IMG/VR virus record: IMGVR_UViG_3300024346_000045
Coordinates: 7,776 to 71,775 of that record
From: a virus
DNA: 64,000 nt
Reading direction: 5' to 3' (one strand)
Position numbers and translations under genes: made by a program. Below, piece by piece: positions 39,298 to 49,779 of the stretch (within the stretch, counting starts at the first letter, position 1; each line of letters opens with the position of its first letter). The notes beneath the pieces were generated by a model. The model saw nothing but the letters and a program-made list of their open reading frames with translations, made no database searches and was not told where the DNA came from.

Positions 39298-40127
39298 GTG
39301 AAAATTCGAGTATTCGTGAGGTATTGTTTGGATTAGAAGAATATTTAAAATTTATTAGCAGTGTCGAAGATGTTGATCTAACTAGAGAAATAATCAAAAT
39401 TTTAGATAGCGATGATATTCCGTCAGCATTATTAAATTATTATCTAAAAACAGTAGCAGAAAAAAACAAAGAAGATAAAATTTTTAGAAGTATTAATGAT
39501 TATCGAAAAACACATGAAGACTATTCTGTTATTAAAGATGCAATGAGCCGTAGTCAAATTCGTAGCAAAATTTGGTTAATCGAAGAATTAAGTAAAATTA
39601 GAACTAAGTACGATAATGTTCTAGTAATGGCAGGATGGTTCGGTCAAATTAAATCAATTTACGATAAAAAATTAACATATTCTAAAATGAGAATTATTGA
39701 ATTAGACCGAGTAGCTTGCGAACTAAGTGATTATTCTTTTAATCTTAGCAGTTTAGAAAATTATAAAGTAAAGAGCGTGAATGCAGATATAAACAATCTA
39801 ACTTTGCATAAAAATGGATACGAGTGGCCTGTTGAAAATTTTAAAGAAGGCACAAGTTACGTTGAAAAGTTTTTACCAGATCTTATTATTAACACCAGTG
39901 CAGAACACATGTCTGAAGAATGGTTCCACCAGATTCGATTTAAAGAGATAGAGTCGAATCCAATAGTAGCTGTCCAAAGTAACAATATGTTTGAAGGCGA
40001 TGGACATATAAATTGTGTATACAGTGCAGATCATATGAAAAAGAAATTTCCTATGAAGGAAGTTTTATTTGAAGGCGAACTTCAATTAAAAGGATATAAG
40101 CGTGTAATGCTTATAGGAAGACCATGA
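39294..40127 (+). CDS. class I SAM-dependent methyltransferase-like protein
   Basis: NVLVMAGWFG (motif I-like), RIIELD, VNADIN, DLIINTSAEHM. Confidence 0.55.
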   Translation: MSENSSIREVLFGLEEYLKFISSVEDVDLTREIIKILDSDDIPSALLNYYLKTVAEKNKEDKIFRSINDYRKTHEDYSVIKDAMSRSQIRSKIWLIEELSKIRTKYDNVLVMAGWFGQIKSIYDKKLTYSKMRIIELDRVACELSDYSFNLSSLENYKVKSVNADINNLTLHKNGYEWPVENFKEGTSYVEKFLPDLIINTSAEHMSEEWFHQIRFKEIESNPIVAVQSNNMFEGDGHINCVYSADHMKKKFPMKEVLFEGELQLKGYKRVMLIGRP

Positions 40128-40345
40128 ATTTAGATGAATTAGATTTACGCACATTACAAAAAGAAGCAGCAAGAGCATTAAGTGTAATGGAAGCTACTAA
40201 CAATAACATTTATAAGTATAATGTTCAAGCATACCATAATAGTCAAAATTGGTATAAAGCTGTTATTTTAGATTATGTTAAACAGCACGGTGATTTTCCT
40301 AGTAAAGTAGGGCCTGCTGCTAAAATTAAATTGGTGCTAGAATAA
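40124..40345 (+). CDS. hypothetical protein (73 aa)
   Basis: ATGA and TAATG coupling to neighbours. Confidence 0.65.
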   Translation: MNLDELDLRTLQKEAARALSVMEATNNNIYKYNVQAYHNSQNWYKAVILDYVKQHGDFPSKVGPAAKIKLVLE

Positions 40346-41514
40346 TGTTATATCAATATAAAGACATCAGAGTAATTCATTTAGAAGTTACAGATAAATG
40401 TAATGCCGCATGTCCAATGTGTGCTAGAAATATTAACGGTGGAGAAGATAATCCTCAATTACCGAATACCGAATTATCAGTCAATGATGTTAAAAATATT
40501 TTTCCTATTGATTTTATAAAACAACTAGATAGGTTGTATATGTGTGGTAATTTCGGTGATCCTATTGCTGCAAAAGACACATTAGAAATATTTCAATATT
40601 TTAGGCAACATAATCAACAAATGACACTTAGTTTACATACTAACGGAAGTGCCAAAACACCTGAGTGGTGGAAAAAATTAGCTTCGGTAATTGGAAAAAA
40701 AGGATATGTTATTTTTGGTATTGATGGGTTAGAAGATACCAACCACTTGTATAGGCAAAATACAATATTTTCTAAAATTATAGAAAATGCACAAGCATTT
40801 ATAGAAGCCGGTGGTAGAGCAAGATGGGATTATATTGTCTTTGCACATAACGAACATCAAGTAGATGAAGCCGAGCAGCTAAGTAAAAAAATGAATTTTG
40901 AAAAATTTCAGTACAAGAAATCTGCTCGATTTTTTAGTAATGCAAGCGGCACTACAAAAGAAATGCACCAAGCCTCGAACAGAAAAGGTATAGAAACAAC
41001 ATTGTTGCAAGCACCGACAAATCCAAAATATAGGAATAATGCACTGCAAGAGATGAGCAAAATTGCTAGTTCGACTACAGTTAAAATGTTACCGAGCAAA
41101 GTTTCAGATCTTTCTTCGATACTAGGAGCCCAAACTTTTCATATTAATGAAAGCGAAAAGTCTCCAATGGAGAAAGTTTGGGATACTGCTGAAATTAAAT
41201 GTAAAGTTGCAGAAGAAAAAAGTTTATATATTTCTGCTGAAGGCGTTGTGCAACCGTGTTGTTGGACAGCTAATCAAATGTATGTATGGTACTGGAAACC
41301 TAGGAGTAGCCAAATTTGGAGCTATATTGATCAAGTAGGCATCGATAAATTAAATGCTAAAGTAACTCCGTTGCAAGAAATAGTCGACGGCTTATTTTTT
41401 AGCAATCTTATTCCGGATAGCTGGAATAAATCAAGCTGTGCAGAAGGAAAACTTTCTGTATGTGCAAAAACTTGCGGAACTAAATATGATGCGTTTAAGG
41501 AACAATTCAAATGA
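40345..41514 (+). CDS. radical SAM enzyme with C-terminal twitch/SPASM-like domain
   Basis: CNAACPMC (CX3CX2C); MCGNFGDP; HTNGS; C-terminal KC...QPCCW...CAKTCG. Confidence 0.92.
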   Translation: MLYQYKDIRVIHLEVTDKCNAACPMCARNINGGEDNPQLPNTELSVNDVKNIFPIDFIKQLDRLYMCGNFGDPIAAKDTLEIFQYFRQHNQQMTLSLHTNGSAKTPEWWKKLASVIGKKGYVIFGIDGLEDTNHLYRQNTIFSKIIENAQAFIEAGGRARWDYIVFAHNEHQVDEAEQLSKKMNFEKFQYKKSARFFSNASGTTKEMHQASNRKGIETTLLQAPTNPKYRNNALQEMSKIASSTTVKMLPSKVSDLSSILGAQTFHINESEKSPMEKVWDTAEIKCKVAEEKSLYISAEGVVQPCCWTANQMYVWYWKPRSSQIWSYIDQVGIDKLNAKVTPLQEIVDGLFFSNLIPDSWNKSSCAEGKLSVCAKTCGTKYDAFKEQFK

Positions 41515-42590
41515 ATATTGAAGATTTAAAAACCTTCGAACTTGAAATAACTAGCTTTTGTAATGCAGCATGTCCTGGATGTTTAAGAACACGCCACGAA
41601 GGAGGATATGATCTGCTTTCTCTATCAATCGATGATGTGAAAAGAATCTTTCCAGATGAAAGGCATATTAAAGATAAACAATTTTTGCTTTGCGGAGCAT
41701 TAGGTGATCCCGTAGCAAATAAAGATTGTTATGCAATCTGTGAATACTTGATTAGTATGGGAGGCTATGCACTAATTAATAGTAATGCAAGTCTAGAAAC
41801 TGAATCTTGGTGGAGAAAACTTGGAAAATTAAGTGCCGATACTAACAGATTGCAAGTTTGGTTTTGTGTCGACGGTTACGAAGCAACAAATTACATTTAT
41901 AGAGTTAACACAAATTTTAATATTATTAAAAGAAGCATGGCTGCTTATGCAGAAGGCGGCCAAGGAAAAGCCGGCGCATCTTGGATTTATATTATATTTG
42001 ATCACAATGAGGGAGAAGTTGAACAAGCTAGAGCTCATGCAGAAAGTTTAGGATTTAAATTTGCTACTAGAACCGGTGCTGGAAACAGCATGACTAACTG
42101 GGTTTCACAAATAAGAAAAAGATCTAGCCAGACTAGAGAAGTTTATATTGAAAAAAAGGTAATTACTACTACAGGTGATAAAGAACATAGTAAAAAAGAT
42201 TTAATAATGGAATTGAATAATTTCATTAATTTCGATAAAAAAATTCTCGATACTGAAAAAACAGAAAAGATTGTTAAATCTATAAAGTGCAAATTTTATC
42301 ATGAAGGTGAAATGTTTGTTGCTAGTAATCAAACATTATGGCCTTGTTGTTTTTTATGGAGTAATTCTATAAGAGCTCCTGAACTTTTTAAAGCCAGATT
42401 TTCAAAATACGACGAACACTGGAATAGTTTAAAACATCATTCGATTGAAGAAATTATGAACCATCCGTGGTTTATTACTCTTTTAAAAGAAAGTTGGGAT
42501 CCATTCAACGAAAATCATATTCCTAAATGTATACAAAACTGTGCTTATGATAAAGCACATCAAAATGAAATTAATTATGTCAACAAATAA
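41511..42590 (+). CDS. radical SAM enzyme with C-terminal twitch/SPASM-like domain (paralog of 40345)
   Basis: CNAACPGC; LCGALGDP; KC...WPCCF...CIQNCA. Confidence 0.9.
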   Translation: MNIEDLKTFELEITSFCNAACPGCLRTRHEGGYDLLSLSIDDVKRIFPDERHIKDKQFLLCGALGDPVANKDCYAICEYLISMGGYALINSNASLETESWWRKLGKLSADTNRLQVWFCVDGYEATNYIYRVNTNFNIIKRSMAAYAEGGQGKAGASWIYIIFDHNEGEVEQARAHAESLGFKFATRTGAGNSMTNWVSQIRKRSSQTREVYIEKKVITTTGDKEHSKKDLIMELNNFINFDKKILDTEKTEKIVKSIKCKFYHEGEMFVASNQTLWPCCFLWSNSIRAPELFKARFSKYDEHWNSLKHHSIEEIMNHPWFITLLKESWDPFNENHIPKCIQNCAYDKAHQNEINYVNK

Positions 42591-43986
42591 ATCACCTTCG
42601 AAAACATTTTGTATTTTACCATGGGTTCATTTAAGTACAAGACCAGATGGCAGTATGCGTGTATGTTGCACTGCTAATGCAAGTAGTGTTGGACCCACAA
42701 ACGATAAAGAACATGGTGGAATGGTCGGCGTATTAAAAGACGATGAAGGTAAACCGAGCAATCTTAATGTGAGCGATTTTTTATCTAGTTGGAATAGCAC
42801 TTATATGCGAAATGTTCGCAAACAAATGTTAAACGGAGAAGAACCGCCTAGTTGTGTCAAGTGCTACAAAGAAGAGCGTGCTGGACACAACAGTAAACGT
42901 ATGTGGGAAACAGCATATTGGAGTAAGCGTGTTGATGTTGAACAATTAGTTAATGACACAAATGATGATGGGTCAATCCCTCCACAATTAAGCTATATTG
43001 ATTTACGTTTCGGAACAAAATGCCAATTAGCGTGTGTAATGTGCAGCCCACACGATAGTTCAGGATGGATTAAAGAATGGCAGCAGCTATATCCGACTAT
43101 TGACAATCCAGTGTTAAAACAAACAATGCAATGGAGCAATAAGGGTAGTACTAACGGCAGTAGTTACAATTGGCATAAGGTTAATCCTGTATTTTGGCAA
43201 CAGTTTTATGAACAGATTCCTAATATGCAACAGTTGTATTTTGCAGGCGGAGAAAGTCTAATCATCGAAGAACACTACGAAATACTCGAAGAATGTATTC
43301 GTCAGGGACATGCAAAAAATCTCGAATTGCGTTATAATAGTAATGGTGTCGAATGGCGTGATGATTTGTTCGAATTATGGAAACATTTTAAGTTAGTAAG
43401 ATTTCATTACAGTGTTGACAGCATTGATGAAATGAATGCATACATTCGATATCCGAGTAAGTGGGAACGTACAAAAGAAGTATTTCATATCCTTGATAAA
43501 CAAACAGGTAATAATGTTGAAATCACTGTGGCGTGTGCAGTACAAGCATTAAACATATTTTATATTCCAGATTTCTTAAAATGGAAGTTAGAAGAAGGAT
43601 TTACAAAAATTAATATGTGGCCTTTTGGCGCAGGCGGTATTAATTATCATTTTGTATATCACCCACCGCATTTAAATGTTAAAGTTTTACCAAAAGAATT
43701 TAAAGAGTTATGTCGTAAAAAATACGAAGAATTTTACTCGTGGTGGGAAGCTAATTGGGAAAAGGGTGTACCGTCGTGGCACAAAGGTTTAGTATCATAT
43801 GATACATGGCGCAATGCTGATTACGGTATCAGTCGTCTAGAAGGTATGTTAAAATTTATGGAGAGCGAAGATTGGTCAAATCGTTTACCTGAAACTAAAC
43901 AGTATCTTGAAAATCTTGATAAAGTTAGGGGAACAAATTTTTATGATACGTTTCCGGAAATGAAGGATATTTTTAATGGAATCTAA
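42577..43986 (+). CDS. radical SAM enzyme with N-terminal twitch-like domain
   Basis: FCILPW...RVCC...CVKCY, then DLRFGTKCQLACVMC and YFAGGE; start moved to ATG 42577 (MSTNK). Confidence 0.92.
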   Translation: MSTNKSPSKTFCILPWVHLSTRPDGSMRVCCTANASSVGPTNDKEHGGMVGVLKDDEGKPSNLNVSDFLSSWNSTYMRNVRKQMLNGEEPPSCVKCYKEERAGHNSKRMWETAYWSKRVDVEQLVNDTNDDGSIPPQLSYIDLRFGTKCQLACVMCSPHDSSGWIKEWQQLYPTIDNPVLKQTMQWSNKGSTNGSSYNWHKVNPVFWQQFYEQIPNMQQLYFAGGESLIIEEHYEILEECIRQGHAKNLELRYNSNGVEWRDDLFELWKHFKLVRFHYSVDSIDEMNAYIRYPSKWERTKEVFHILDKQTGNNVEITVACAVQALNIFYIPDFLKWKLEEGFTKINMWPFGAGGINYHFVYHPPHLNVKVLPKEFKELCRKKYEEFYSWWEANWEKGVPSWHKGLVSYDTWRNADYGISRLEGMLKFMESEDWSNRLPETKQYLENLDKVRGTNFYDTFPEMKDIFNGI

Positions 43987-45307
43987 AAAAGCTATCGAAT
44001 GTTATTTCACCTTAGGTGGAATAAATTATAAAAACGGTTTTTCAACAAGTTGCCCTCAACAACCTGAGCAGTTTGTTCCGTTCGAACAAACTCTTAAGCC
44101 GAGTGAAATTTTTAACTCTGAACGATTTAAGAAACACAGACTAGAAATGATGAACGGTAAGTGGAGCAGAGGTTGCCACTTATGCAGAGATCCTGAGATG
44201 ATTGGAAGCCATTCTATGCGTCAGGATTATGTCCCAGTCACTAACTATTACGATCCTGCAACTGGAGCAGTTGACTTAAAAGGATTAAGACATGTTGAGT
44301 TAAGATTTAGTAACAGTTGTAACATGGCTTGTAAGCATTGTAGTGTTGTGTATTCAAGCGGGTGGGTTTCTAAACTTAAACATTATCAACCTGATGCAGA
44401 AGTAGAAAAACATAACCTATTGCAATTATTAAAAATGGAACACCGTCAACATGAGAACGACGAGGGCGAATTAGGATTATCTATTGCAGAAGCAGAATCA
44501 ATTGTACAAGATTTAATTGATAATTTTCCCGAGTTAGAAAAAGTTGAATTTGCAGGCGGGGAAGTTTTGTATCAGAAGCAATTTTTTCCTTGCTTGAAAA
44601 AATTAGCAGAGCATCCAAATGCTGAAAATATTTCCATTGGATTTCATACAAATTTTAATGCAAAGTTTGATCCTGTAGAGTTGTCTAAGTTGTTAATACC
44701 TTTTAAGTTTACAATTATTCATATGAGTTTAGATGCAGGAACCAACATATATCCTTATTTTAGGACAGGTAATTGGGAAACATTAAAAGATAATATCAGT
44801 AAATTTAGAGCAGTGAACAAGCGAGCAGTATTGTCTATTGTTTGTACTACTAGCGCATATCAAATAATGGATATTAAAAACGTATTCCAAAGTTTTCTAG
44901 AATTAGATGTTGACACTATTAATTCTGCAATGTGCTATAGCCCGATGTATATTAATCCGTCTATAATGAATATTAAATTCAGAGAAGATGTACTAGCAGA
45001 CATTGAAGAAACTAGGCAAATGATATTAGATGAACAAGAGAAACGATATGCTGATTTTGAAAAATACAAAGAGTTAAGAGCTTGGAAATCTAAATGGAAT
45101 AGATTTAACGACATACACATGGCTCTTAATGCCCTAAAAGAGATTGAAATTTATACATTAAACAATGCAATAGATTCGTCGTATTGGGAAGACTTCCAAG
45201 TATATGTTAGAAAGACAGACGAGATTTGGGGCCAGCAATTTAATGATTACATGACTAATTATAAAATGGTCGACGGCAAAATTGTAAGGGTGAAAAAAAA
45301 TGTTTAA
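43976..45307 (+). CDS. radical SAM enzyme with divergent N-terminal Cys domain
   Basis: ECY...TSCP...GCHLC, then ELRFSNSCNMACKHC and EFAGGE. Confidence 0.9.
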   Translation: MESKKAIECYFTLGGINYKNGFSTSCPQQPEQFVPFEQTLKPSEIFNSERFKKHRLEMMNGKWSRGCHLCRDPEMIGSHSMRQDYVPVTNYYDPATGAVDLKGLRHVELRFSNSCNMACKHCSVVYSSGWVSKLKHYQPDAEVEKHNLLQLLKMEHRQHENDEGELGLSIAEAESIVQDLIDNFPELEKVEFAGGEVLYQKQFFPCLKKLAEHPNAENISIGFHTNFNAKFDPVELSKLLIPFKFTIIHMSLDAGTNIYPYFRTGNWETLKDNISKFRAVNKRAVLSIVCTTSAYQIMDIKNVFQSFLELDVDTINSAMCYSPMYINPSIMNIKFREDVLADIEETRQMILDEQEKRYADFEKYKELRAWKSKWNRFNDIHMALNALKEIEIYTLNNAIDSSYWEDFQVYVRKTDEIWGQQFNDYMTNYKMVDGKIVRVKKNV

Positions 45308-46145
45308 TATTTCTAATAGTTTATATAACCAGTTTAATGCAGTTTATCCAAACAAAGCAGGCTTAATACGCCTTCATAGAATTAACGGATTAGATATACC
45401 ATTTAGCCCTTTATGGAAAAACATTGGGATTAATTTGTCAGGTGGTGCTGATAGTGGGTGTTTAGCATTTTTGTTGTGTAAAATTATTACAGAACATAAT
45501 TATGACTGTAAAATACATATTATTACATTTACTAGGTGTTGGAATACAAGACCTTGGCAAGGACACATTTCTATGAACGTGTTTAATAAGTTAAACGAAA
45601 TGTATCCGGGATTAATTGTTAATAGGCATATCAATTATATTCCTCCAGAATTAGAATGGGGAGCGACGGGAGGTCCTATCCTTGATGGAAGAAGTGGTGA
45701 TCAGATTGAGGGATCTAGTTTTAATTCTTATATTGCTTATACACAAAAATTAAATGCTGTGTTTAATGCTACTAGTAAAAATCCCGGAACCGACGGATTT
45801 GATACACGATTGTTAAAACGAGACAAAGATGCCGAAGATGGTTCGCTTGACGATGTTATGTTTATTAGAAAGGGTACGTTCTTTTGCCATCCTTTTAGAT
45901 TTGTAAAAAAAGATTGGATCGTCGCACAATATTTTATTCATAACGCAGAAGATTTATATAACACTACTAGAAGTTGCGAAGGGGATATAAACGACGGTAA
46001 AGCAAAAGAAATATTGCCTAACGGGTTAGATGATTATAAACCTGGAATGTTCATTCCGTTGTGCGGCGCTTGTTTTTGGTGTTTAGAACGAAGCTGGGCC
46101 GAAAGTAAATTAGATGAAACTATTACACAATTCGATCATGTCTGA
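45300..46145 (+). CDS. QueC-like PP-loop ATPase (adenylating enzyme)
   Basis: INLSGGADS PP-loop; TRSCE...CGACFWCLER Zn-binding tail as in the QueC family. Confidence 0.7.
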   Translation: MFNISNSLYNQFNAVYPNKAGLIRLHRINGLDIPFSPLWKNIGINLSGGADSGCLAFLLCKIITEHNYDCKIHIITFTRCWNTRPWQGHISMNVFNKLNEMYPGLIVNRHINYIPPELEWGATGGPILDGRSGDQIEGSSFNSYIAYTQKLNAVFNATSKNPGTDGFDTRLLKRDKDAEDGSLDDVMFIRKGTFFCHPFRFVKKDWIVAQYFIHNAEDLYNTTRSCEGDINDGKAKEILPNGLDDYKPGMFIPLCGACFWCLERSWAESKLDETITQFDHV

Positions 46146-47448
46146 AACATTTTGTCCAATACCTTGGAATTTTCAAGCAATCCGTGCCAACGGCGATGTA
46201 CGTGTATGCTGTCAAGCTAACGTAACTAAAAATCAAGGAGTTATTCGTAAAGATGATGGTAGTGCATATAACGCCGGCCGCGACAATCTAGACGAAGCTC
46301 GTAATGCTAACCTAATGAAAGTCATTCGCCTCAATATGCTAAATGGTGTATGGAGTGAAGAATGTGGAAGATGCAAAGCTGAAGAAGAAAACGGTTTAGT
46401 TAGTCGCCGTAGTTATGAAAACCAGCAATGGAATATGGATATGTACAAAGTCGTAAACCAAACCGGTGCCGACGGTAGTATAAATTCTATAAATTTTCCT
46501 GTAGTTTATTACGATTTACGTTTTGGAAATTTTTGTAATTTAAAATGTCGTATGTGCGGTCCTACTGATAGCAATGCATGGTATGACGATTGGATTAAAT
46601 TAACTGGTAGTAATAAATTTAAAGATACTTCTGGTGTAATGGAAATTGTTGACAACGATGTCCCTGCGTTTAATTGGCCAGAATATGAACCTTTTTGGCA
46701 ACAGCTAGAAGCTAATATTCATAACATTGAACATGTATATTTTGCCGGCGGCGAACCGATGCTTATTGAACGTCATTACGATTTTCTCGAAAGATGCGTT
46801 GAAGCAGGTGCTTCTAAACACATTGTAGTGGAATACAACACAAACATGAGCACCTTGCCTAGCAGAGTAACAAAATTGTGGACTCATTTTAAACAAGTTA
46901 GAGTCGGTGCAAGTGTTGACGGCATGGGTAGTATGCAAGAATATCAACGCAGTCCATCTAAATGGGAAAAGACTTTAGACAATTTGCGTAAGGTTGATGC
47001 ATTGCCAGGTAATATAATGGCTTGGCTAGCATTTACTGTTACTGCGTACAATGTTAATCACTTAATAGATTTCATGAAATGGAAATTAAGTGAAAGCGGA
47101 TTTAACAAAATTAATTCAACTATCCGACGTCCGATAGTAACTCACCATGTAGCACATCATCCTAAGCATCTTAACATAAGAGTGTTGCCAGCTGCATATA
47201 AAAAAGAACTAACAGAAAATTTTAAAAAATTTGTCCAATGGGTAAAAGAAAATAATTATCCTATTCATGTAATAAAACAAGCAGAAGATATTTCTAACGG
47301 CATTATATCTTATATGAACAGCGAAAGTTATTATAACGAGCATTGGAACGAATTTGTTTCTTATACACAAAAATTAGATGCAATTCGCGGCGAAGAATTA
47401 ACTTCAGTAGAACCAAAGTTTAAGGAATTTTATGGAACCAACGTTTGA
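46138..47448 (+). CDS. radical SAM enzyme with N-terminal twitch-like domain
   Basis: FCPIPW...RVCC...CGRC, then DLRFGNFCNLKCRMC and YFAGGEP; start moved to ATG 46138. Confidence 0.92.
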   Translation: MSETFCPIPWNFQAIRANGDVRVCCQANVTKNQGVIRKDDGSAYNAGRDNLDEARNANLMKVIRLNMLNGVWSEECGRCKAEEENGLVSRRSYENQQWNMDMYKVVNQTGADGSINSINFPVVYYDLRFGNFCNLKCRMCGPTDSNAWYDDWIKLTGSNKFKDTSGVMEIVDNDVPAFNWPEYEPFWQQLEANIHNIEHVYFAGGEPMLIERHYDFLERCVEAGASKHIVVEYNTNMSTLPSRVTKLWTHFKQVRVGASVDGMGSMQEYQRSPSKWEKTLDNLRKVDALPGNIMAWLAFTVTAYNVNHLIDFMKWKLSESGFNKINSTIRRPIVTHHVAHHPKHLNIRVLPAAYKKELTENFKKFVQWVKENNYPIHVIKQAEDISNGIISYMNSESYYNEHWNEFVSYTQKLDAIRGEELTSVEPKFKEFYGTNV

Positions 47449-48145
47449 TACAGTTGACTTGTTAGACGGAAATATTTTTCAAGTGACATGGGATGTAGGA
47501 AGAAGATGCAATTACGATTGCAGCTATTGCCCTAGTCACAGGCATGACAATTTTAGCCCACATGCTAGTTTAGAAGATCTTAAAAAGAATAGTGACTTTG
47601 TATTAAAGTACATTGACTTGTATATGACATACAGAGATTACAAGTGGGCAAGTATAAATTTTACTGGTGGGGAACCGACTGTAAATCCTAATTTTATTGA
47701 ATTCTCTAAATACATAAAAGAACGTTATAGTTTAGAGTACGCATATAAATGGCGTTGCATTTTTACCTTAACTAGCAATGGTGCAATGAGTAAAAAAATG
47801 GCAGATGCAGTTATGGAAAATTTTAATCATATAACTATAAGTTACCATGCAGAAGCTGATAATACTATTAAACAACAAGTAAGGGATAGAATGTTACAAA
47901 TTAGCAAAAATGGACCGGCTAACGACTGTAATTTATCTATCAATGTGATGTTTCATGCACAGTACTTTGACGAATGTAAAGAGTTATGTAATTTTTTAGA
48001 TGACAATAATGTTGCATATGTTCCTAGAGTTATCGGAGAAGAACCCGATAGTCGTAGTAATTTTGCACATCAGTATACTGAAGATCAGTTACAGTGGTTT
48101 AAAGATTATTGGGAAAATAATACTAAAAAGGTTCAAGAAGCATGA
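47432..48145 (+). CDS. radical SAM enzyme, core domain only
   Basis: WDVGRRCNYDCSYC; FTGGEPT; TSNG; ISYH; ends without an auxiliary domain. Confidence 0.9.
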   Translation: MEPTFDTVDLLDGNIFQVTWDVGRRCNYDCSYCPSHRHDNFSPHASLEDLKKNSDFVLKYIDLYMTYRDYKWASINFTGGEPTVNPNFIEFSKYIKERYSLEYAYKWRCIFTLTSNGAMSKKMADAVMENFNHITISYHAEADNTIKQQVRDRMLQISKNGPANDCNLSINVMFHAQYFDECKELCNFLDDNNVAYVPRVIGEEPDSRSNFAHQYTEDQLQWFKDYWENNTKKVQEA

Positions 48146-48618
48146 CCGAACAGAAAAAAGAATTAGGTTTAAAAATCGGAAGACCGTGCTGCGGTAGCAG
48201 AACTATGTGTTTAAGTAAAGACGGCGATGATAGGAAAAGTAAGTTTGTTGATTACAGAGAATTTAAAGGATGGCTTTGTAGTGTAAATTGGTTTTTTATG
48301 CATATCGAACAGCAAACTGATACGGTTTATCACCACCAGACTTGTCAGGCACAGTTCGGAAAAAGTCGTGGACCTATAGGAAAGCTATCGGAGGGTGATA
48401 AAATTTTAGCTGAATTAGAAGCTAATTTAAAAGCCGGTACTATGCCTACAATCGTGTGTCCTAAACACACTTGTGGATGCGGGCTGTGTGCTCCTAAAAG
48501 TATGGACAAAGAAAAGTACAAAACGGTTTTATTTAATCATGTTGACAAAGATGTTTTTAGAAATAGCATGACCGAAGAAGTTAGTATTCCTAAAAAAATA
48601 GTGTGGATTGAAAAATGA
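48142..48618 (+). CDS. stand-alone Cys-rich SPASM/twitch-like Fe-S domain
   Basis: RPCCGSRTMC...FKGWLCSV...TCQ...CPKHTCGCGLC; matches the FKGWECSS...C...C..C tail of 51787. Confidence 0.7.
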   Translation: MTEQKKELGLKIGRPCCGSRTMCLSKDGDDRKSKFVDYREFKGWLCSVNWFFMHIEQQTDTVYHHQTCQAQFGKSRGPIGKLSEGDKILAELEANLKAGTMPTIVCPKHTCGCGLCAPKSMDKEKYKTVLFNHVDKDVFRNSMTEEVSIPKKIVWIEK

Positions 48619-48663
48619 AAATTGATAACAAACTTTTAACAAATAATTTAGGAAAACTATAAT

Positions 48664-49779
48664 ATGGAATATAAACATCGTTGTCTGTTGCCATTTCATC
48701 ATATAGCAATTAGACCAAATAATCAAGTTTATCCTTGTTGTCAGTTTAGGCACGAACACACTCCTAAAGATTTACATCTAGATTATTCTGATGTGTTTAA
48801 TCATCCATTCATGGAAGAACTTCGAGAACATATGATAAAAGATATTCCGCATCCGGGATGTGATATGTGCTATAAGCAAGAAGAAATGAGTAACGGTTCG
48901 CACAGTATGCGATTAGATTTTGCAAAAGATCTAGGATTCGAAATACCTGACAAACCAGTTCTCACGCACGTCGACTTAGCATTAAGCAATGTATGTAATA
49001 ATAGATGTAGGATGTGCAATCCGGAATTAAGCACTAATTGGTACAGCGATGCTAAAAAATTAGGTGCTGAATTTTTTCCTCCTATACAATCAGGTATTAT
49101 TAACAGCAAAAGAATTCTCGACGAGTATGATTTAAAGAGTTTGCGTTTTCTAAAATTAATCGGCGGTGAGCCATTAATGGAACAAGACAAATTCATTGAT
49201 TTATTAAAAAGATGCGATTTACCTAAATTAAGAATATTACTAGCTACTAATACAACTATTATCCCAAAGCCGGAATTAGTTGAGTTGTTAAAACAATGCA
49301 AAGTAGTTTGGGTTAATTTAAGTGTTGATGCGTTCGGCCCTTTAAATGAATTCTTACGCAAAGGTAGTAAATGGGAAAATGTTACTAATGTAATTGAATG
49401 GTTTGGGAACACATTTCCGAGAAATACTAAAATTCACGGTATTATTTCAATATACAACATTAACAATTTTTATCTATTAGAAAATTATATACACACACAT
49501 CCTACACTATGGAATAAAGTGTCATGCGAATGGCAAATGGTAGACGGACCAAATTGGATGCAACCTGCTAATTTGCCTAAACCAGTTAAAGAAAAGATTA
49601 TGAAAAAAATAGAAACGTTAGCTTCGCCTCATGCATATAACTTAGTAAGAACAGAATTAGAAAAAGAAGGCGACTTTAAATTGTTTTTAGATAAAGATAA
49701 AAAATTAAATGATCTTCGAAACGAGGATTGGAAAATGCTGAACACAGATCTGTGCGAAATGTTAACGGAGTTTCTTTAA
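48664..49779 (+). CDS. radical SAM enzyme with N-terminal twitch-like domain
   Basis: RCLLPF...YPCC...CDMCY, then DLALSNVCNNRCRMC and LIGGEP. Confidence 0.92.
   Translation: MEYKHRCLLPFHHIAIRPNNQVYPCCQFRHEHTPKDLHLDYSDVFNHPFMEELREHMIKDIPHPGCDMCYKQEEMSNGSHSMRLDFAKDLGFEIPDKPVLTHVDLALSNVCNNRCRMCNPELSTNWYSDAKKLGAEFFPPIQSGIINSKRILDEYDLKSLRFLKLIGGEPLMEQDKFIDLLKRCDLPKLRILLATNTTIIPKPELVELLKQCKVVWVNLSVDAFGPLNEFLRKGSKWENVTNVIEWFGNTFPRNTKIHGIISIYNINNFYLLENYIHTHPTLWNKVSCEWQMVDGPNWMQPANLPKPVKEKIMKKIETLASPHAYNLVRTELEKEGDFKLFLDKDKKLNDLRNEDWKMLNTDLCEMLTEFL

Noticed and set aside
40124-40345. 73-aa ORF before the first rSAM as a RiPP precursor
   Set aside because: Looks like a small helical protein with no Cys-rich or repetitive core and no leader; no RRE, peptidase or transporter seen in the island. 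Not excluded but unsupported.
45293-45307. A8 tract where loss of one A would fuse rSAM 43976 to the QueC-like ORF
   Set aside because: A-runs before ATG are common in this AT-rich genome and both ORFs look complete.
48619-48663. Possible sigma70 promoter in the gap before rSAM 48664
   Set aside because: TTGATA is present but no good -10 lies at 16-18 nt spacing.
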